Position numbers and translations under genes: made by a program. The notes beneath the pieces are model-generated. The model was not told the DNA's origin and did no database searches. It worked only from the letters and a program-made list of their open reading frames with translations. A DNA stretch of 64,000 nt from Arcobacteraceae bacterium. GTDB taxonomy: Bacteria > Campylobacterota > Campylobacteria > Campylobacterales > Arcobacteraceae. Below, piece by piece: positions 59,584 through 64,000 of this stretch (position 1 is its first letter; each line of letters opens with the position of its first letter). Location of the stretch: the NCBI GenBank assembly GCA_965242915.1, contig CBDETN010000028.1:230518-294517 (forward strand), in the 5' to 3' direction.

Positions 59584-60522
59584 TCAAATATTTAAATTTA
59601 AATATTTTCTAGGATGTTTTGTTGATAGTATTTTCTTTTGATGCTTAGAATTTACCCTTGTATAAATTTGTGTAGTAAGTATTGAGGAATGTCCTAAAAT
59701 ATTTTGAATTATTCTTATATCAACATTTTCCTCTAGCAGTCCAGTAGCCAATGTATGACGAAACTGATGAGGAGTTAATTTTATTTTTACACCAGAAAGT
59801 TTTTGATACTTTGTAATCATATAGCGCACAGAATCTTCTGAAAACATAGTATTAAATTTATTTATAAAAAAATAATTATTCTCATGAATTTTAACAGCGA
59901 ATAGTTTATAATATTCATTCAAAGCTTGTTTTACTTCAATATCACATACTTGTATTATACGCTCTTTACTACCTTTACCAAATATATTTACTATTCCCCT
60001 TTGAATATCAATATCACTTGGTTTTAAATAGCATAATTCAGATACTCTCATGCCTGTTGCATATAAAAGTTCAATTACTGCTATATCTCTGATAATAGCA
60101 GTATAAGAATATGAATTCTTATTTTTAAATGATTTTTTATGTTTATATAGATATTTGAAAAATTTTCTTAAGTCCTTTATACTGATTATTTTAGGAAGCA
60201 TTTGTGGCAATTTAATTGAAAACTTCATTTTTTTAAATGGACTTATTTCTATAAAATCTTCAAACTCTAAGAAATTAAAAAATATTTTTAATGTAGCAAT
60301 TTTTCTTTTTACACTCTTTGCTTTTAAATTTTTTTCAAATAGATATTTCATATATTCTTTTATATAAAACTTATCAAATGTAGTAACATTACAGTTTTTA
60401 TTAGCTTCATATGCTTCAAATTGATTTAAATCTATATTATAAGCTTTCATTGTCTTATCACTCAAATTCTTTTCATAAATACAATGAGTATTAAATAGTT
60501 CTATGGCTTTTTGTAATTTCAT
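59584..60522 (-). CDS. tyrosine-type site-specific recombinase/integrase
   Basis: 312 aa. C-terminal HQFRHTLAT..LGHSSILTTQIYTRV with catalytic Tyr. Confidence 0.85.
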   Translation of the reverse strand: MKLQKAIELFNTHCIYEKNLSDKTMKAYNIDLNQFEAYEANKNCNVTTFDKFYIKEYMKYLFEKNLKAKSVKRKIATLKIFFNFLEFEDFIEISPFKKMKFSIKLPQMLPKIISIKDLRKFFKYLYKHKKSFKNKNSYSYTAIIRDIAVIELLYATGMRVSELCYLKPSDIDIQRGIVNIFGKGSKERIIQVCDIEVKQALNEYYKLFAVKIHENNYFFINKFNTMFSEDSVRYMITKYQKLSGVKIKLTPHQFRHTLATGLLEENVDIRIIQNILGHSSILTTQIYTRVNSKHQKKILSTKHPRKYLNLNI

Positions 60523-60645
60523 AATTCATCCTTAAATTTATATTTTAAGAATGATACTATTTATCAAGGAATATGGTAGTTATTTTGAGATAATTTTTTC
60601 GTAGATAATAAAAAATTATCTTCTATATTTGCAAGGGCAAGTTAC

Positions 60646-62472
60646 ATGAATAGATATGATATTATTCAAACAATGGGACAAGATTACTTAATAACAAATC
60701 TTGAAAATGGAGAGTTTAGCTATCCAAAATCATTAAAAATGATTGGAAAAACTATTGATCCCTCTTTAGTTACTTCAGATAAGGACATTATACATTCTTA
60801 CCTAGATATTAGATTTGTAAAAGATAATATAAGTATTCTTATAGAAACTAAAGATAACTTTGATAAATGGAATATAGAATCTGTTTCTACACAATTACAG
60901 GCTTATGTTAATTATGAAAAAGAACTTACAGGAAACAAAACTATAGCTATTTTAGCAAATACGCAAGATGACCGTATAAAAGTATGGTGGGGAAGTGACT
61001 TATCTATTGATGACTCACATCAAATTAAAAATCAATACAAGCTAAAATCTTTTGATGAGTATGCAGATTTATATTTAAGCAAAACAAATAATAAAGAGCA
61101 GGTTGTTAAAAATACATATGGATTAAATGAATTGTTACACAAATATGGCATTAATGAAAAGATTAGAAGTCAATTTGTTGGAACTTGTTTATTGGCACTT
61201 AAAAATGATACAGTATATGAAGGATTAAGCACTAAGCAAATAATTGGTGGAATAGAAGATGTTATATCTAGCTTACTTAATAAGGATATACGAAAAGCCG
61301 AGAAACTTACGATATTAAAAACAAAAGTACTTGATTCCCAAGATATATCAGAGTTAAAAAAGGAAGAATTTCAAGAGATTTTAAGATATATTAATAAATC
61401 CATTTTACCTTATATTAATGATAAAAGTACAATGGGGCAAGATATTTTAAATTTATTCTTTACAACCTTTAACAAGTATGTTGGAAAAGCTGACAAGAAT
61501 CAAGCATTTACTCCTGACCACATTGTTCATTTTATGTGTCAAGTTGCAGGTATTAATAGAAACTCAAAAGTATTAGATCCTTGTGCTGGAAGTGGTGCGT
61601 TTTTAGTAAGAGCAATGACTGAAGCAATGGATGATTGTGCTAATGAAGCTGAGAGTGAAGCTGTAAAAAAGAATAATATATTTGGAATAGAATATGAAGA
61701 AACAGCATTTGGACTAGCTACGACAAATATGTTAATTCATGGTGATGGTAATTCAAATGTTAGACAAGGAAGCTGTTTTGATTTAGCCAGCCATATTGAA
61801 GATGCAGATATTAATACAGTACTAATGAATCCACCTTATAATGCTCAAAGAAGACACTGTAATCCAGAATATATAAAAAATTGGAATAAAAAAACAAAAG
61901 AAGATCCCTCTCAAGGATTTCATTATGTTCATTATATTGCATCAAAAGTAAAGACTGGTAAGTTAATTGTCTTACTTCCAATGCAATGTGCAATTGGATC
62001 TTCAAAATATATCAAAGAATATAAAGAAAAAATGATGGAAGAGCATACATTGGAAGCAGTATTTTCTTTACCTAGTGATATTTTTCATCCTGGTGCTACT
62101 GCAAGTTCATGCTGCATGGTTTTTACACTAGGTCAAAGACATGAAAAATCACCACATGAAACTTTTTTTGGTTACTTTAAAGATGATGGTTTTATAAAGA
62201 AGAAAAATTTTGGTCGTATTGAGAAAACAAAGCAAAACTCAACAGAAGGTATTTGGGCTGATATTGAGTCTAATTGGCTTGATTTATATAGAAAACGAAA
62301 AACTAAGGTTGGCATATCTGTGGTTAAGAAAGTTACTGCAGATGATGAATGGCTTGCAGAAGCTTATATGGAAACTGACTATTCATGTGTGACAGAAAAG
62401 TTATTTGAGACTGAAATTAAAAGATATACTCTCTTTAATTTAATGACTGAAACAAGAATATTTTCTAATTAA
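60646..62472 (+). CDS. N6-adenine DNA methyltransferase with N-terminal putative PD-(D/E)xK nuclease domain (BcgI-A-like RM subunit)
   Basis: Motif I VLDPCAGSGAFL, motif IV NPPY. N-terminal YLDIRF..ILIETKD resembles a PD-ExK core. 608 aa. Confidence 0.65.
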   Translation: MNRYDIIQTMGQDYLITNLENGEFSYPKSLKMIGKTIDPSLVTSDKDIIHSYLDIRFVKDNISILIETKDNFDKWNIESVSTQLQAYVNYEKELTGNKTIAILANTQDDRIKVWWGSDLSIDDSHQIKNQYKLKSFDEYADLYLSKTNNKEQVVKNTYGLNELLHKYGINEKIRSQFVGTCLLALKNDTVYEGLSTKQIIGGIEDVISSLLNKDIRKAEKLTILKTKVLDSQDISELKKEEFQEILRYINKSILPYINDKSTMGQDILNLFFTTFNKYVGKADKNQAFTPDHIVHFMCQVAGINRNSKVLDPCAGSGAFLVRAMTEAMDDCANEAESEAVKKNNIFGIEYEETAFGLATTNMLIHGDGNSNVRQGSCFDLASHIEDADINTVLMNPPYNAQRRHCNPEYIKNWNKKTKEDPSQGFHYVHYIASKVKTGKLIVLLPMQCAIGSSKYIKEYKEKMMEEHTLEAVFSLPSDIFHPGATASSCCMVFTLGQRHEKSPHETFFGYFKDDGFIKKKNFGRIEKTKQNSTEGIWADIESNWLDLYRKRKTKVGISVVKKVTADDEWLAEAYMETDYSCVTEKLFETEIKRYTLFNLMTETRIFSN

Positions 62473-62486
62473 TATGAGGTGACACA

Positions 62487-63479
62487 ATGAATATTAATAA
62501 GCTTTTTAAAATAAAGAATGGAATCAAAAGTACTGATGTGACTATATATTCAGTTCCTATATTAGATTCAATTCCTTTTCTTAGACCAGCAAAATTACAA
62601 CAGCGTACTATTTCAGGCTGGGTTTTAAAGTCTGAACTTAAAAAAGAGAATATTTTTCCTAAAGAATCTCTTTTTGTATCAACAAATGGGGAAGGAAGTC
62701 ATAGCTATTCTTATGTATCTCAATTTGAATTCGCATGCAATACTGATGTTTCTGTATTAACTCCAAGAGACAATATGAGCTTAAATGAAAAAATATATTA
62801 TGCATTATGTATTACAAATAATCGTTATAAATTTTCATATGGAAGAAAACCAAAAGGTAATAAACTTAAGCAACTTAAATTACCAACAGAAATACCAAAA
62901 TGGGTTAATAATACTACTATTTCAAATAAAGAAAATGTATTACTTAAGAATATCAAACAAAAGAATAATGTTTTGGAATTAAATCATAGTGAATGGCAAA
63001 GTTTTGGAATTGGAAATTTATTCACTATAGAAACAACAAAAGGAACGACAACTGATGTTCTAAAAAAAGGACATGATGTACCTTATATTGCTGCTAAAAA
63101 AGGAGATAATGGATTAAGTATGATCTGCTCTAGAAATGGAAATAAACAATTTATATCTAAAGGAAATTGTATTGTATTTATACAATTGGGGCAAGGTAGT
63201 GCAGGATATTCCTTATATCAAAGAAATGATTTTATTGGAATGAATGGAAAGACGGCTTGCGGATACAATAATAATCTAAACAAATATAATGGATTATTTA
63301 TTGTTAGTATTTTAGATTTGGAGAGACCTAAGTTTTCATTTGGAAGAAGCTGGACAGGTGATAGACTAATATCTACATCTATAAAACTTCCTACAAAAGA
63401 AATTAATGGAAAATATGAACCAGATTGGAAATTTATGGAAAATTATATTAAGTCTCTTCGTTATAGTAAATCAATCTAG
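62487..63479 (+). CDS. restriction-modification specificity (S/TRD) subunit, BcgI-B-like
   Basis: 330 aa with two target-recognition-domain-like halves ending SYGRKPKGNKLKQLKLP and FSFGRSWTGDRLISTSIKLP. Immediately follows the methyltransferase gene. Confidence 0.6.
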   Translation: MNINKLFKIKNGIKSTDVTIYSVPILDSIPFLRPAKLQQRTISGWVLKSELKKENIFPKESLFVSTNGEGSHSYSYVSQFEFACNTDVSVLTPRDNMSLNEKIYYALCITNNRYKFSYGRKPKGNKLKQLKLPTEIPKWVNNTTISNKENVLLKNIKQKNNVLELNHSEWQSFGIGNLFTIETTKGTTTDVLKKGHDVPYIAAKKGDNGLSMICSRNGNKQFISKGNCIVFIQLGQGSAGYSLYQRNDFIGMNGKTACGYNNNLNKYNGLFIVSILDLERPKFSFGRSWTGDRLISTSIKLPTKEINGKYEPDWKFMENYIKSLRYSKSI

Positions 63480-63919
63480 TATTTAATTTTTGTTATTATA
63501 TCATTTAAATTAATTTTTATAAACTATTTTGATCAATAGATAAATATTATTTGAAAACTTATATATGAAATATAAAAATGTCAATATAACTCTTTTGATA
63601 TGGACAATATTATATTCTAATTTTATCTCTTCAATATATAGAGCATTTTGTTGTACAATTAAGATTTTGGTTTCATAGTAATATCTTTTGATATACTATT
63701 ATGAATATTCTTTAATAGTCTAATATTAAAATAGCATATAAATCTGTAATATTTTATCTAAATATTTTTATTTATTTAACTTATAGCACTTTCTATAGTA
63801 TACATTTGCAAATATTTAAGCCTAAATTAGCTTTAATATAATGCTTATAAAAAGAAACCAACAAATATATTGAGGGGTCAGCATCCTTCAATGTAGACGT
63901 TAACTATAGAGGAAAAAAT

Positions 63920-64000
63920 ATGAAAATGTCAGACGAAGCAAAAAGTCATTATAGATTATTAACAGATTTATCATATGACTATGGATTAATAAATCTTTTT
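63920..64000 (+). CDS. partial ORF running off the window end
   Basis: AGAGGAAAAAAT RBS then ATG. Reads MKMSDEAKSHYRLLTDLSYDYGLINLF.. Function unknown. Confidence 0.25.
   Translation, partial: MKMSDEAKSHYRLLTDLSYDYGLINLF

Overview
AT-rich bacterial chromosome window. Gene content and protein signatures look like a Campylobacterota (Arcobacter/Sulfurimonas-like) genome, but I cannot verify the taxon. Most ORFs are compact and many overlap by 1-10 nt, so operons are common.

Layout:
(i) 1-33.3 kb is a metal-homeostasis-rich block. It holds three Fur-family regulator genes, feoAB, flavodoxin, mntP, a znuA-like gene, a fur-DUF1007-NicO operon, two paralogous NitT/TauT-type substrate-binding proteins, a porin and a DUF4198-like protein. 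metE, a CBS-GGDEF protein, a sensor kinase, ilvE, hisIE and an aldehyde dehydrogenase are interspersed.
(ii) 33.3-39.0 kb is a mosaic insertion-sequence island. It is bounded by 35-bp inverted repeats and holds a nested IS21-family element, IS1182- and IS256-family transposase fragments, and cargo genes (an intracellular trypsin-like protease, a truncated HTH-2TM gene, a LysE exporter). A RelE/ParE-type toxin-antitoxin pair abuts its right end.
(iii) 39.6-45.9 kb is a tightly packed minus-strand operon: sat-like, lipoprotein, nfo, AAA ATPase, OmpR-type regulator, histidine kinase.
(iv) 45.9-56.4 kb is an ordinary housekeeping block (queH, lpxB, fabZ, lpxA, clpX, mreBC, ribE, zur-like/znuA, mnmG).
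(v) 56.4-64 kb is an accessory island with a tyrosine integrase. It carries a 569-aa unknown protein, a Zn-ribbon membrane protein, an XRE regulator and a BcgI-like two-gene restriction-modification system.

Most notable non-coding signals:
- A 15-bp palindrome (TGATA-N5-TATCA, extended AATATTGATA-N5-TATCAATATT) recurs at least six times, in front of feoA, the flavodoxin operon, fur itself, one substrate-binding-protein gene and the ABC permease operon. I read it as a candidate Fur regulon.
- A different palindrome (TGCRACTNAGTYGCA) occurs twice between the zur-like gene and znuA and twice upstream of the porin gene.
- A GC-rich four-segment alternative-hairpin element lies directly 5' of the lipoprotein RBS.

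No rRNA, tRNA or CRISPR array was recognised.
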